From Candidatus Woesearchaeota archaeon (GTDB lineage: Archaea; Nanobdellota; Nanobdellia; Woesearchaeales; UBA10107), in the NCBI GenBank assembly GCA_016935155.1, contig JAFGRQ010000013.1, positions 1-40,618 of the forward strand: a stretch of 40,618 nucleotides of DNA, in the 5' to 3' direction. The position numbers were made by a program, and so were the translations under genes. The notes under the pieces were generated by a model. The model saw only the letters and a list, made by a program, of their open reading frames with translations, was not told the origin of the DNA and did no database searches. This document shows positions 32,450 to 40,618 of the stretch, piece after piece; the stretch's first letter is position 1; each line of letters opens with the position of its first letter.

Positions 32450-33541
32450 TCATCGCCTTACGGCTAAGTGGGTGTTCACTTCGTTCATTGCGTTTTGCAC
32501 CAAGCAGGACAAAATATCCTGCTTTTCTGAAGCATATCTAAATGAGAACAGCTTATAAAACTTTTGAATGTCTTCTTTCCCTTTTATGTAAAACCTCCCG
32601 TTAAAATTCCTCTTTTCTTGCTTGCGGAGCTGGATATGCGATGTTTTAATTCCGAAATGGAACAGCATCGCCCTTATTTGATTTAGAAAAATAAGGAGAT
32701 TTTTTATGTGTTTTTTTCTTTTTGAATAAACAAACTGAATTCTCCATTTATTTTTACTTGGAGCAGAACCTTCATTTCCAATAACTGTGCTTAAAAATAC
32801 TGACTTTATGTTATTGTTTCCGTTTAAAATCCAAGTTGGAATTTCATATGTTTGATTTATTTTTCTTCCAAACGGTGCGCCCAATTTAACAAGAAGATTT
32901 GAAAAATCAGGATTACACACATAAACACTGCAAGAAGACTGCTTTGATTTGTATTTTGCTAAAGAAAGCGATAAATGCTGTTTTGGAAAGACTTTGCTGA
33001 AATCTGCCATGAACTTTCTTGCATCTGATTCATACCTAAAGCAAAAACCTGCTCTTTTTTTATTTTTTGAAACAAATCCGTCACACATACAAAATCCAAC
33101 TAAGACTGCCAAAAACTTCTTTGTTTCAATTTTCTCAAAATGATTTATCCTGTATTTTGCAATGAAATTATCATTAAATAATGAATTGATGTTCAATTCT
33201 TCGTTTGTTTTTAAGTGATCGAAGTTATTTTTTGTAATTAATTCTTTTTTCTCTTCTATTCTGTTTGTAATGTAATTAGGAACGAGATGTTTTGAATAAA
33301 TGGCTCTGATTTTCTCAAGATTGTTTAGGGAATATAAATATCCGTTTGAAAGTTGTGTTGGCGTTCTGATTATTTTTGATTTTTTGTGCAGCCTTGATAA
33401 AATTGTGCTTATTAAAATGTGTTTATCTAAAGATGTCTGTCTTAATGAGTCTGCTACGTCTTTTACAAAATACACTTTGCTTGGATTCTTCTCTAAAACC
33501 GAGCAGACCTGTCTTGCCAGCGAAGGTTTATTTGCCACCAT
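32450..33541 (-). CDS. LAGLIDADG homing-endonuclease-family protein with N-terminal winged-helix-like domain
   Basis: Two LAGLIDADG-type motifs: LAVLVGFCMCDGFV and VFLSTVIGNEGSAP. N-terminal ~80 aa are wHTH-like. The TATA tttataaa (33563-33570) lies 22 nt upstream of ATG 33541. Confidence 0.75.
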   Translation of the reverse strand: MVANKPSLARQVCSVLEKNPSKVYFVKDVADSLRQTSLDKHILISTILSRLHKKSKIIRTPTQLSNGYLYSLNNLEKIRAIYSKHLVPNYITNRIEEKKELITKNNFDHLKTNEELNINSLFNDNFIAKYRINHFEKIETKKFLAVLVGFCMCDGFVSKNKKRAGFCFRYESDARKFMADFSKVFPKQHLSLSLAKYKSKQSSCSVYVCNPDFSNLLVKLGAPFGRKINQTYEIPTWILNGNNNIKSVFLSTVIGNEGSAPSKNKWRIQFVYSKRKKHIKNLLIFLNQIRAMLFHFGIKTSHIQLRKQEKRNFNGRFYIKGKEDIQKFYKLFSFRYASEKQDILSCLVQNAMNEVNTHLAVRR

Positions 33542-33579
33542 GATTAATTTTAAGAAGATTGATTTATAAATCTCACGCG

Positions 33580-33605
33580 TAGTTGTCCTGTGCTGTCGGG
33601 AGAAT
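33580..33605 (-). promoter_or_regulatory. copy B of the conserved 26-nt intergenic motif
   Basis: tagttgtcctgtgctgtcgggagaat lies ~10 nt upstream of the LAGLIDADG-gene TATA, inside the right inverted-repeat arm. Confidence 0.5.
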
Positions 33606-33627
33606 ACTACAACTGCTGAGCGGGCAA

Positions 33628-34104
33628 TTACTTTTTCTTTGAATATTCAATACAGTCATTCAAGAAGGATGTTGCTTGTTTGATTCCATCAACAAATGCT
33701 GGCTTTGACTTAAATCCGAAATAATCTAAAATCAACTTTCTCTCTTCTCCATTTATTTCTGAAAAAGCATTAATCTCAATTGATCCGTCCGTTGCCAATA
33801 TCTTGTGGTCTCCATCTTCTCTTGTTATCATGCCAAATACTTCAATTTTGACCTTGTCTCCTGTTTTATATTTTTTTGAAGAAAAAACTAGAACATCTAC
33901 ATCGTCATCTTCATCTTCATCTTTATTTTTTATGTTTTCAAAATAACCATAATTAACTGGCATAATTCCATCATTTATTGGAATTCGGTCTTTAATTGGA
34001 CCAAGATCAATAAATCCACTTTTATCAGTAGACATATGAATTCTTCTGTCACAACCTTTCGGAATTTCAATTACTGCAATAAATTTCATTTTATCCTTAA
34101 CCAA
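33628..34104 (-). CDS. ppa: family I inorganic pyrophosphatase
   Basis: IEIPKG..PVNYGYFENI..DVDVLVF..DGDHKILA; acidic insertion DEDEDDD. Confidence 0.85.
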   Translation of the reverse strand: MVKDKMKFIAVIEIPKGCDRRIHMSTDKSGFIDLGPIKDRIPINDGIMPVNYGYFENIKNKDEDEDDDVDVLVFSSKKYKTGDKVKIEVFGMITREDGDHKILATDGSIEINAFSEINGEERKLILDYFGFKSKPAFVDGIKQATSFLNDCIEYSKKK

Positions 34105-35263
34105 ACATTCCCATAAAATCCTTTCCTTCCTGCTTTTCAGAAGAAAGAACTTTCTTTACCGCGCTGTCAAAATCTTTTTTAGAAATGGTATTTCTGTTTG
34201 CTCTGATTGCAAAGTATCCTGCTTCTGTACAGACCGCCTTTATCTCTGCTCCAGACATTCCATCCATTTTCTTGACCAGAGAATCAACATCAACCTTGTT
34301 TAACTTCATTCTTGATGTATGTATTTTGAATATTTGTTTTATCCCTTCTGCATTCGGAATTGGAACATGAATTAGCCTATCCAGTCTTCCGGGTCTTAAT
34401 ATTGCTGAATCTAGGATGTCCTTTCTGTTTGTACATCCAACAACCTTGACATTATCCAGTGGCTTGAATCCGTCCAATTCAGCAAGAAACTGCATGAATG
34501 TTCTTTGGACTTCCCTTTCTCCTGATGTTCCGAGCTCTATTCTTTTTGCAGCAAGTGCATCTATCTCGTCAATAAATATTATGCTTGGAGCTCTTGCCTT
34601 TGCCAGCTGAAAGATTTCCTTGATTAATTTTGCTCCTTCTCCTATAAACTTTTGAACCAATTCGGAACCGACAACTTCGATGAATGTCGAGTTTGTTGAA
34701 GAAGCAACTGCCTTTGCCAGCAGTGTTTTTCCTGTTCCGGGCGGACCATAAAGCAAGATTCCTTTGGGCGGCTGTATTCCGATTTTCTTGAACAGCTCTG
34801 GTTTTTTTAACGGCAGCTCTATTACTTCCTGAATTTCGAGCGCCTGTTTGCCGAGTCCTCCAACGTCATTCCAGTTAATGGTTGGTTTCTCAATAATCAC
34901 AAATTTTTCAACGTTGAAAACAGACGATGAGTTTATTTTTTTTACAATCGTGAGATTTTTCTGCTCTACCAAGACGGTATCTCCAGGGGATAATGCTTCT
35001 ATGTTTGCGGCACAGCTGACGCAGAATTCATTTCCATTATTAAGCCTGATTATGTAGTTATCACCCAGCGATTCTTTTACTTCCGAAACCATGAAGGGGG
35101 GGTTCTGGAATTTCTTTAGCTCCTGTTTCATGTGCTCCAGTGTTTGCTTCAGAATTTTATTTTCTTCTTCCAACTGAGAAGTTTCTGTTGAATAGCCGTA
35201 CATTATTTTTTCAATTACTTCATCCTTTTCGTTTTCGCTTACTTCGCCGTTCTTCTTTGCCAT
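34097..35263 (-). CDS. pan: proteasome-activating nucleotidase (PAN, AAA+ Rpt-like)
   Basis: N-terminal coiled coil, OB segment, Walker A GPPGTGKTLLAKAVA, Walker B IIFIDEIDA. Confidence 0.9.
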   Translation of the reverse strand: MAKKNGEVSENEKDEVIEKIMYGYSTETSQLEEENKILKQTLEHMKQELKKFQNPPFMVSEVKESLGDNYIIRLNNGNEFCVSCAANIEALSPGDTVLVEQKNLTIVKKINSSSVFNVEKFVIIEKPTINWNDVGGLGKQALEIQEVIELPLKKPELFKKIGIQPPKGILLYGPPGTGKTLLAKAVASSTNSTFIEVVGSELVQKFIGEGAKLIKEIFQLAKARAPSIIFIDEIDALAAKRIELGTSGEREVQRTFMQFLAELDGFKPLDNVKVVGCTNRKDILDSAILRPGRLDRLIHVPIPNAEGIKQIFKIHTSRMKLNKVDVDSLVKKMDGMSGAEIKAVCTEAGYFAIRANRNTISKKDFDSAVKKVLSSEKQEGKDFMGMFG

Positions 35264-35299
35264 GGTGAAAACTTAATTAATCTGTGAAGGTTTATAAAA

Positions 35300-36370
35300 C
35301 TATCCCGTTGTTGAAAACGATTTTACCTTTTCCATAAGTTGTTTTGCTTTTCCGGACGAAAAATGCTTTCTAATGGGTTCAAGCAACTTGTTTATTTCAT
35401 TCGCGATTGCTTTTTTCAAATCCATCGGATGAAGTTTTCCGGACCTGTAAATATTTTCTAGTTCTTCATATGATTTTATAAGAATATTTCCGCCGAACTT
35501 TTCTGCTCTTTCTATTTTTAATTTATCAACATTTTCAAAAACAATATACTTTGCATATTCCATTATTGGATTTTCTTCTATGACTGAAGTCGGACAATAT
35601 GCCTTCCCAATTTTCCTTTCAACATCTTCTTTTGTATCGTCCATGAAAATTGCAGTGTCTGGTTTTGACTTTGACATCTTCATAACCATTGCTCTTTCTG
35701 CTCCCGTCAAATCTTTTGGCGGTTCGGACAGTCCAGCAAGCATATGATGACTTACAACAATTGGTTTCTTACGTCCGAGTTTTTCTGCAATTTCTCTTGC
35801 AAGAACATTTACTTTTCTTTGGTCCATTCCCAGCTGGACAATATCTGCATTCAGATAAAATATGTCTGCTACCTGCATGCAGGGATAAATTATTTGTGCA
35901 GCAGAGAGAGATTCAGATTCTGATCTTCCCATGATTTGGGAACATCTGGTTATTCTTTGCACTGAATTCATCGTTGCAATCTTCATAACCAATTCCCAAT
36001 ATTTCTGGTCTTTGATTAGTTGAGATGTTTTTATGATTTCAATATTTTTTGAATCTAATCCGCAAGCCTTCCACATCTCAACGAAATAGTCTCCGGCGAT
36101 GTTTATTTTTTCCATGTCTCCGCCGTATTTGCCATTTAGAAAAGCGAACCAGTCTGCAATCAACATTTTGAACCTGACCCCTGCCTTGATTAGTTTATTA
36201 ATATTTTTTGCCCTCATCAATCCCTGCGCCAAATGCATTCTTCCGCTTGGTTCGAATCCATCATAAGCGGTTGGCTGTTTTTTTGATTTTAGAAGCTCTT
36301 TAAGCTCGTCTTCTGTTATTATTTCTTGACCGACTTCTTTTATCAAAGAAAAACTGGTGTTTGAATCCAT
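35300..36370 (-). CDS. tyrS: tyrosyl-tRNA synthetase (archaeal type)
   Basis: AYDGFEPSGRMHLAQG (HIGH-equivalent), KMSKSKP, and C-terminal KLHPMDLKKAIANEINKLLEPIRKHF. From memory it aligns along its length with M. jannaschii TyrRS. ATG 36370 lies 23 nt downstream of the TATA tttaaata (36393-36400). The track start 36451 is upstream of that TATA. Confidence 0.88.
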   Translation of the reverse strand: MDSNTSFSLIKEVGQEIITEDELKELLKSKKQPTAYDGFEPSGRMHLAQGLMRAKNINKLIKAGVRFKMLIADWFAFLNGKYGGDMEKINIAGDYFVEMWKACGLDSKNIEIIKTSQLIKDQKYWELVMKIATMNSVQRITRCSQIMGRSESESLSAAQIIYPCMQVADIFYLNADIVQLGMDQRKVNVLAREIAEKLGRKKPIVVSHHMLAGLSEPPKDLTGAERAMVMKMSKSKPDTAIFMDDTKEDVERKIGKAYCPTSVIEENPIMEYAKYIVFENVDKLKIERAEKFGGNILIKSYEELENIYRSGKLHPMDLKKAIANEINKLLEPIRKHFSSGKAKQLMEKVKSFSTTG

Positions 36371-36486
36371 ATTAAAAAAGAGTTCTAAAGCATATTTAAA
36401 CCTTCCTCTGGGCATTCTAGAGGTATTTAAAAACAAAAGCTTTAAATACAAGATTAGCTTGAATTTTTATAAGCAAAGGCTAAAAG

Positions 36487-36750
36487 ATGGCAGAAGACGA
36501 CAAGAGACTTTCTAGGGAATTGATAGGTAAATTAGTTGTATCGAAAACTGGAAAGAAATTCGGAGTTGTCGGGGATTTAACTTTCGAATGTAAATCGGGG
36601 GAATTAATTCACCTTGTCTTGACGAATCCGACTCCTTATTCGACGAAACTTGAGCTTGAAAAGGATGGAGAAGGAAATATTCTAATTCCTTACAGCGCCG
36701 TTCAGGCTGTTGGAGATTTCTTAGTTATTGCTGAAGAAGAAGTTGTTTAG
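36487..36750 (+). CDS. PRC-barrel domain protein
   Basis: LIGKLVVSKTGKKFGVVGDLTFECKSGELIHLVL..ILIPYSAVQAVGDFLVI. Confidence 0.75.
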   Translation: MAEDDKRLSRELIGKLVVSKTGKKFGVVGDLTFECKSGELIHLVLTNPTPYSTKLELEKDGEGNILIPYSAVQAVGDFLVIAEEEVV

Positions 36751-36804
36751 GTTTTATGCTTATTTAGCAAACTTTTTTATATCAAATGCATATTTTCTTA
36801 ACAT

Positions 36805-37770
36805 ATGGGGATGGCAGAACATACAATTTGGACTGAGAAGTACCGACCTAAAACTTTTTCAGAAGTAAAAGGGCAAAAAGAAGCTATTTCTAAAGTACGG
36901 GCATTCATAAAACAAAAAAACATGCCCCACTTAATGTTTTCCGGACCGGCCGGAGTTGGAAAAACAACCCTTTCTCTTGTTGTTGCCCATGAATTGTTTG
37001 GAGAAAACTGGAGAGACAATTTTTTAGAGCTAAATGCGAGCGATGAGAGAGGAATTGATGTAATTAGAAATAAAGTCAAGGATTTTGCAAGAACAAAAGC
37101 GATTGGCGATGTTCCATTCAAGATAATTTATTTGGACGAGTGCGATGCACTGACGAGTGAAGCTCAGCAGGCTCTGCGTAGAACTATGGAGAACTACACT
37201 CAAACTTGCAGATTTATTCTTTCTTGCAACTATTCTTCAAAAATAATTGACCCAATACAATCGAGGTGCGCTATTTTTAGATTTAAGCCTCTGGAAAAAG
37301 ACCAGCTAATGCAAATTCTTGATAAAATAGAATCAAATGAAAAATTAAAAATTAAAGATTCTGCAAAGCAGGCCTTGATTATAATCTGCGAAGGGGATGT
37401 GAGAAGAATGGAAAACATACTGCAGAGCTGTGCTGCCTTATCGAAAGATGTTGACGACGAACTCGTTTATTCTTTAGCGTCTGTTGCAAAGCCAAAGGAA
37501 ATAAAGAAAGTTATTGAATCTGCTCTTTCCGGAAAATTCATAGATGCAAGAAATGAACTTCTCAACGTTATGACTAATTATGGTTTATCGGGACTTGATG
37601 TGATAAAACAAATGCAGAAAGAATTGATGGATTTGAAAATTGATTCAAGACAGCAAATGCTCTTGATTGAAAAATGCGGAGAAGCGGAGTTTAGAATTTC
37701 TGAAGGAAGCGATGAATTTATTCAGTTAGAAGCCTTCTTGGCAAGTATTGGCTTGGTTGGAAACAAATAA
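36805..37770 (+). CDS. rfcS: replication factor C small subunit
   Basis: WTEKYRPKTFSEVKGQ, Walker A GPAGVGKTT, DECD, and the SRC motif QSRCAIFRF. Confidence 0.92.
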   Translation: MGMAEHTIWTEKYRPKTFSEVKGQKEAISKVRAFIKQKNMPHLMFSGPAGVGKTTLSLVVAHELFGENWRDNFLELNASDERGIDVIRNKVKDFARTKAIGDVPFKIIYLDECDALTSEAQQALRRTMENYTQTCRFILSCNYSSKIIDPIQSRCAIFRFKPLEKDQLMQILDKIESNEKLKIKDSAKQALIIICEGDVRRMENILQSCAALSKDVDDELVYSLASVAKPKEIKKVIESALSGKFIDARNELLNVMTNYGLSGLDVIKQMQKELMDLKIDSRQQMLLIEKCGEAEFRISEGSDEFIQLEAFLASIGLVGNK

Positions 37771-37938
37771 TTAAGGAAGAGGAGTTCCGCTTCTGAAAAA
37801 TGATCTAACCAACGATAAAACTAATTGAAGAACAAAAATAATAATTGTCGCCCAACCAATAACAAATATACTCTTATCAAACCAATTTTCTAGAACCCAA
37901 CTAAACCCACTGCCTTTAATTCTCTGAATGCGTTTCAT
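37771..37938 (-). CDS. 55-aa single-pass membrane protein, last gene of the paralog operon (below the track cut-off)
   Basis: Translates MKRIQRIKGSGFSWVLENWFDKSIFVIGWATIIIFVLQLVLSLVRSFFRSGTPLP. ATG 37938 is 6 nt downstream of the stop of 37944..38897. Its stop abuts the rfcS stop. Confidence 0.5.
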   Translation of the reverse strand: MKRIQRIKGSGFSWVLENWFDKSIFVIGWATIIIFVLQLVLSLVRSFFRSGTPLP

Positions 37939-37943
37939 ATCAA

Positions 37944-38897
37944 TCAGCTTGCGTGTTTTACAATAAGCTGTGTATCGACATATTGTTTGTAGCCGTACTT
38001 AACGTCAATTGAAAGAGGAACTTCTGCATCAATCATGTTCGATTCGTCAATTACTTGTGTACATCTTACTTCTCTGGCGTCGCTGTAGAGAGTTACATAA
38101 CCTGCTGTTGCTGTTCCTCCTGTTAGTCCTGAGCAAGTCAATGTTCCAAGCCTCGTGTCCTCAACATCGATGTAAACTACATCTCTGCTTGAAACTTCTG
38201 TTCCGCACACAGTTCCTGTTTTATGCAGGGAATCTGATGCACTTCCGACTTTCTTGATTGTGAAGAAGAAATCAATCTTGTTCGAGCCCGCAACATTCTG
38301 CTCCATATTTGTAATTTGAACAGGAGCTCCTGAATTTTCTATTGGAACGATTCTGTCTGGATTGCAAACTCCTGCCTCTCCCGTTGTTCCTCTCAAATCT
38401 TCCTTTATGCAAAGCTTTGCCTGCGCCTTTGTTCCGTATTCATAGCAGGCATTTGCTCTTACAGTAAAGTCAACAGAACCCTGTATCTCAGAAAAGTAAT
38501 TCATTTCTGGGAAATCAACAACAACATCATCTCCGCTTATTTTATTTCCGGAAGAGTCAATTCTAACTCCATCAAGCGGGTCTGGAGATTGCTTTGTAAG
38601 CTGAGAAGATGAGACTCCAAAATTAGATGGATTCACACCGGTTATCGAAACAATCACATTGCCTGCACTTTCTATATCGTATTCTCCCCTATTTTCCAGT
38701 CTAACAGCTATCTGGAAAGGATTATCCGTGTCAAATACTTCTGAAGGGGGCTGTCCTGGAAGGAAACTTAAAGCGAGGCCTTCACTTCCGCCAACGAATG
38801 CTTTTCCCTTGAATGTTGCTGTCTCTTCAGTCTCTGAACATCCAACAACAACTAATAAAAGAATGACTGCAAATAGCAATTGTGTCTTTTTTGTCAT
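37944..38897 (-). CDS. secreted lipobox protein, paralog 1 of a Cys-rich two-domain family
   Basis: Signal MTKKTQLLFAVILLLVVVGC|SE. Shared family motifs: ACYEY..KLCI..GVC, GAPVQIT, and terminal KYGY. Confidence 0.75.
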   Translation of the reverse strand: MTKKTQLLFAVILLLVVVGCSETEETATFKGKAFVGGSEGLALSFLPGQPPSEVFDTDNPFQIAVRLENRGEYDIESAGNVIVSITGVNPSNFGVSSSQLTKQSPDPLDGVRIDSSGNKISGDDVVVDFPEMNYFSEIQGSVDFTVRANACYEYGTKAQAKLCIKEDLRGTTGEAGVCNPDRIVPIENSGAPVQITNMEQNVAGSNKIDFFFTIKKVGSASDSLHKTGTVCGTEVSSRDVVYIDVEDTRLGTLTCSGLTGGTATAGYVTLYSDAREVRCTQVIDESNMIDAEVPLSIDVKYGYKQYVDTQLIVKHAS

Positions 38898-38952
38898 ACT
38901 GCCTCTCGATTTTCCTATGAAGGGGCCAATATAAATGTTTCTATTGTTTTTA

Positions 38953-39873
38953 TCAGCCCATGCTCTTTATATTCACTCTCTTTGTGACTTGGCTAAGATA
39001 TCCATAATCCAAATTAATTGCCAAAATTGATTTGTAGGCGGGAGATGTTGCATCCACTAAACTAAACTTGCAGTACATTGTTCCCTGTCCATTCGCCATT
39101 CGAACTTTATTTTTTGGACTGCAATCAACGTAGCTTGCAGGAACATCTCCTAAACTAACATCATAATAAACAGCATCAATACTGTCAAATGTCAAAGGGG
39201 TCGGACATTTTGCTAGAGAATACTTGTCAACGACAATTCCTCCTCCCTGATTTGTAAACGTAATCTGGAATCCTACTTCTCCCGGTCTTGCATCCTCTCT
39301 TACAGCAGTAACTGCGATTGGTGCTCCCTGCCCTCCAGATACAGTTGGGCTCGTGGTTTTGCAAACTTCATTTTCCAGAATTGAAGAAGGATCGGGGTCT
39401 ATGCAAACAGGAATTCTCGCTTCTGTTTTGTAATTGTAACAGGCACTTGCCTGAAAATCGACTGGGTATGTGTCCGTTCCAGAAGGTAGAACCAAATCTT
39501 GAGAAACGAAAGACACCGCTTCATATCCTCCGAATGCAAATTTTGTTTTTCCGTCCAGTTGGCTGAAAGTTTTTGTGTTCGGACTTATTCGCACAAGTCT
39601 TGGATCATGTCCGGTTAAATATAAAGTTCCGCTTGAGGTGTACGCTCCTTCATTCTTTAATTCGACAACGAGGTTCAGCTTGCTTCCTTCATACGCAACA
39701 TCCGGCGGGTTATTCTTTATGAAATTCACAGTCACTCCTTTTACTCCGATATGAGCATCCTGAACCGTTGCTGCTTCCTCTTTTGATTTTCCATACTGCA
39801 CACCAGTACATGCTGTCAAGAGAATAGAAAATACAAGCAGGATTACAACCCCTCTTTTCATGATATTTGTCAT
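38953..39873 (-). CDS. secreted lipobox protein, paralog 2
   Basis: Signal (MTNI)MKRGVVILLVFSILLTAC|TG. Motifs ACYNYKTEARIPVCIDP..EVC, QGAPIAVT, LDYGY. The second ATG at 39861 fits the TATA gtttaaata spacing better. Confidence 0.75.
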   Translation of the reverse strand: MTNIMKRGVVILLVFSILLTACTGVQYGKSKEEAATVQDAHIGVKGVTVNFIKNNPPDVAYEGSKLNLVVELKNEGAYTSSGTLYLTGHDPRLVRISPNTKTFSQLDGKTKFAFGGYEAVSFVSQDLVLPSGTDTYPVDFQASACYNYKTEARIPVCIDPDPSSILENEVCKTTSPTVSGGQGAPIAVTAVREDARPGEVGFQITFTNQGGGIVVDKYSLAKCPTPLTFDSIDAVYYDVSLGDVPASYVDCSPKNKVRMANGQGTMYCKFSLVDATSPAYKSILAINLDYGYLSQVTKRVNIKSMG

Positions 39874-39917
39874 TTTTTCTTTTTATTTAAACCTTTTGAG
39901 GCCGGTTTTCTGGGAGA

Positions 39918-40618
39918 CTATCCCACAAAAGATGGATTTTTTATAGTTAATTGGAATGTTTTTCCTGATGCATATCCATATGTCAAATAAACTGACAGCG
40001 GGGTTGTATATGCCGGTTTGTTCGTTTCTATTGACGCCTTGCACCTTGCTGCATAAGTGTCCCCCTGTGTTGAAATTGTAAATGTTTCTGAAATTTCATC
40101 TGATGTTGCAGAGTAACATCTTAGTTTTTCCCCGCTCAAATATGCTTCCATCATTACTGTTCCTTGGTCTCCTTCTTCTAAAGAAACTGAACCTAAACAT
40201 GGTTTTGCATAAGCCGATGGTGCTAAAACAACACCCTTTCCTGAAACGTCCTTAACAAAAATATCAAACTGAACTTCTTTTCTGCTTTCAAAATATGATG
40301 TCACGACTCTGCTCACAGCAACTGGAGCTCCCTGTGAAGAAGTTATCTGTGCTTCGCTGAAGTGGCATCCTTGAGTTGAACCTGAATAAGCCCACTGCGG
40401 ATTTATGCAAACTAATGGTGAGGCCTCCGTTTTATACTGATAACAAGCAAGAATATTGAAAACCTGCAGTTTTTCCTTTGCATTCGGAAGAGCAATTTTT
40501 CCAATTGTGAAAATTTCTGTTGTTTTTTCTCCGATAGGAACAAATTCAGTTCTTCCCTCTAAGTTTATTCCTTCATATTTTGTCGGCGAACTGAACATTA
40601 TGTTTTCCTCGTCATAAC
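39918..40618 (-). CDS. paralog 3, 5'-partial (N-terminus outside the window)
   Basis: Motifs ACYQYKTEASPLVCINP..QGC, QGAPVAVS, LTYGY. The frame stays open upstream of the track's ATG 40598 to the window end (..YDEENIMFSS). The ACY motif sits ~100 aa closer to the listed start than in paralogs 1 and 2. Confidence 0.75.
   Translation of the reverse strand, partial: YDEENIMFSSPTKYEGINLEGRTEFVPIGEKTTEIFTIGKIALPNAKEKLQVFNILACYQYKTEASPLVCINPQWAYSGSTQGCHFSEAQITSSQGAPVAVSRVVTSYFESRKEVQFDIFVKDVSGKGVVLAPSAYAKPCLGSVSLEEGDQGTVMMEAYLSGEKLRCYSATSDEISETFTISTQGDTYAARCKASIETNKPAYTTPLSVYLTYGYASGKTFQLTIKNPSFVG

Larger units (their letters stand above)
32427..33622 (-). mobile_element. candidate mobile/intron-like cassette: LAGLIDADG ORF bracketed by a 12-bp perfect inverted repeat
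   Basis: cgctcagcagtt (32427-32438) is the exact reverse complement of aactgctgagcg (33611-33622). Three more pairs follow after one mismatch on the outer side. The cassette fills almost the whole gap between the trm5 stop (32409) and the ppa stop (33628). Confidence 0.4.

Noticed and set aside
32410-33627. Split tRNA (or other RNA gene) halves flanking the LAGLIDADG ORF, as expected for an intron-borne homing endonuclease.
   Set aside because: The flanks (about 17 and 5 nt outside the inverted repeat) are too short. I could not fold the sequences gcccgctcagcag... and ...ctgctgagcgtgcac into acceptor, D or T arms. There is no GTTCGAATC-like T-loop. A canonical 3-4-3 bulge-helix-bulge could not be drawn confidently by eye, so it is only raised as a hypothesis.

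Overview
This is a low-GC (roughly mid-30s %) archaeal chromosomal segment using the standard genetic code. All calls rest on reading the sequence and on motif recall; no database search was run.

The core (12.2-26.4 kb, + strand) is the universal archaeal ribosomal-protein supercluster: rpl3-rpl4-rpl23-rpl2-rps19-rpl22-rps3-rpl29-SUI1-Rpp29-rps17-rpl14-rpl24-rps4e-rpl5-rps14-rps8-rpl6-rpl32e-rpl19e-rpl18-rps5-rpl30-rpl15-secY, followed by a YidC/DUF106-like insertase. Many gene junctions overlap by 4 nt (ATGA).

The flanks carry housekeeping genes:
- HtpX and a fused PriS-PriL-CTD primase
- an ArsR-NifS/IscS-IscU operon and RsmE
- Hjc, RNase Z, EndA, FEN1 and a Trm5-like methyltransferase
- pyrophosphatase, PAN, TyrRS, a PRC-barrel protein and RFC small subunit

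The fused primase, the absence of adk/cmk after secY, a giant surface protein and mostly leaderless promoters suggest a small-genome DPANN-type archaeon. This is inference.

Non-routine content:
1. A >1,536-codon minus-strand ORF (1..4608+) is absent from the supplied ORF track because it runs off the window. It encodes a modular, sequon-dense surface protein with near-identical tandem 87-89 aa repeats.
2. A minus-strand operon at the right edge (37771..40618) holds three tandem paralogous Cys-rich secreted proteins; the two with complete N-termini carry lipobox-like signals. It ends with an untracked 55-aa membrane protein.
3. A wHTH-LAGLIDADG ORF bracketed by a perfect 12-bp inverted repeat fills the gap between convergent trm5 and ppa.
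4. A 26-nt motif recurs (24/26 identical) upstream of two nuclease genes, with a weaker third copy upstream of a third.
5. A ~126-nt highly structured intergenic element lies between htpX and the primase.
6. A winged-helix/coiled-coil/Mrr-like protein is translationally coupled to EndA.

No tRNA, rRNA or CRISPR array was found.
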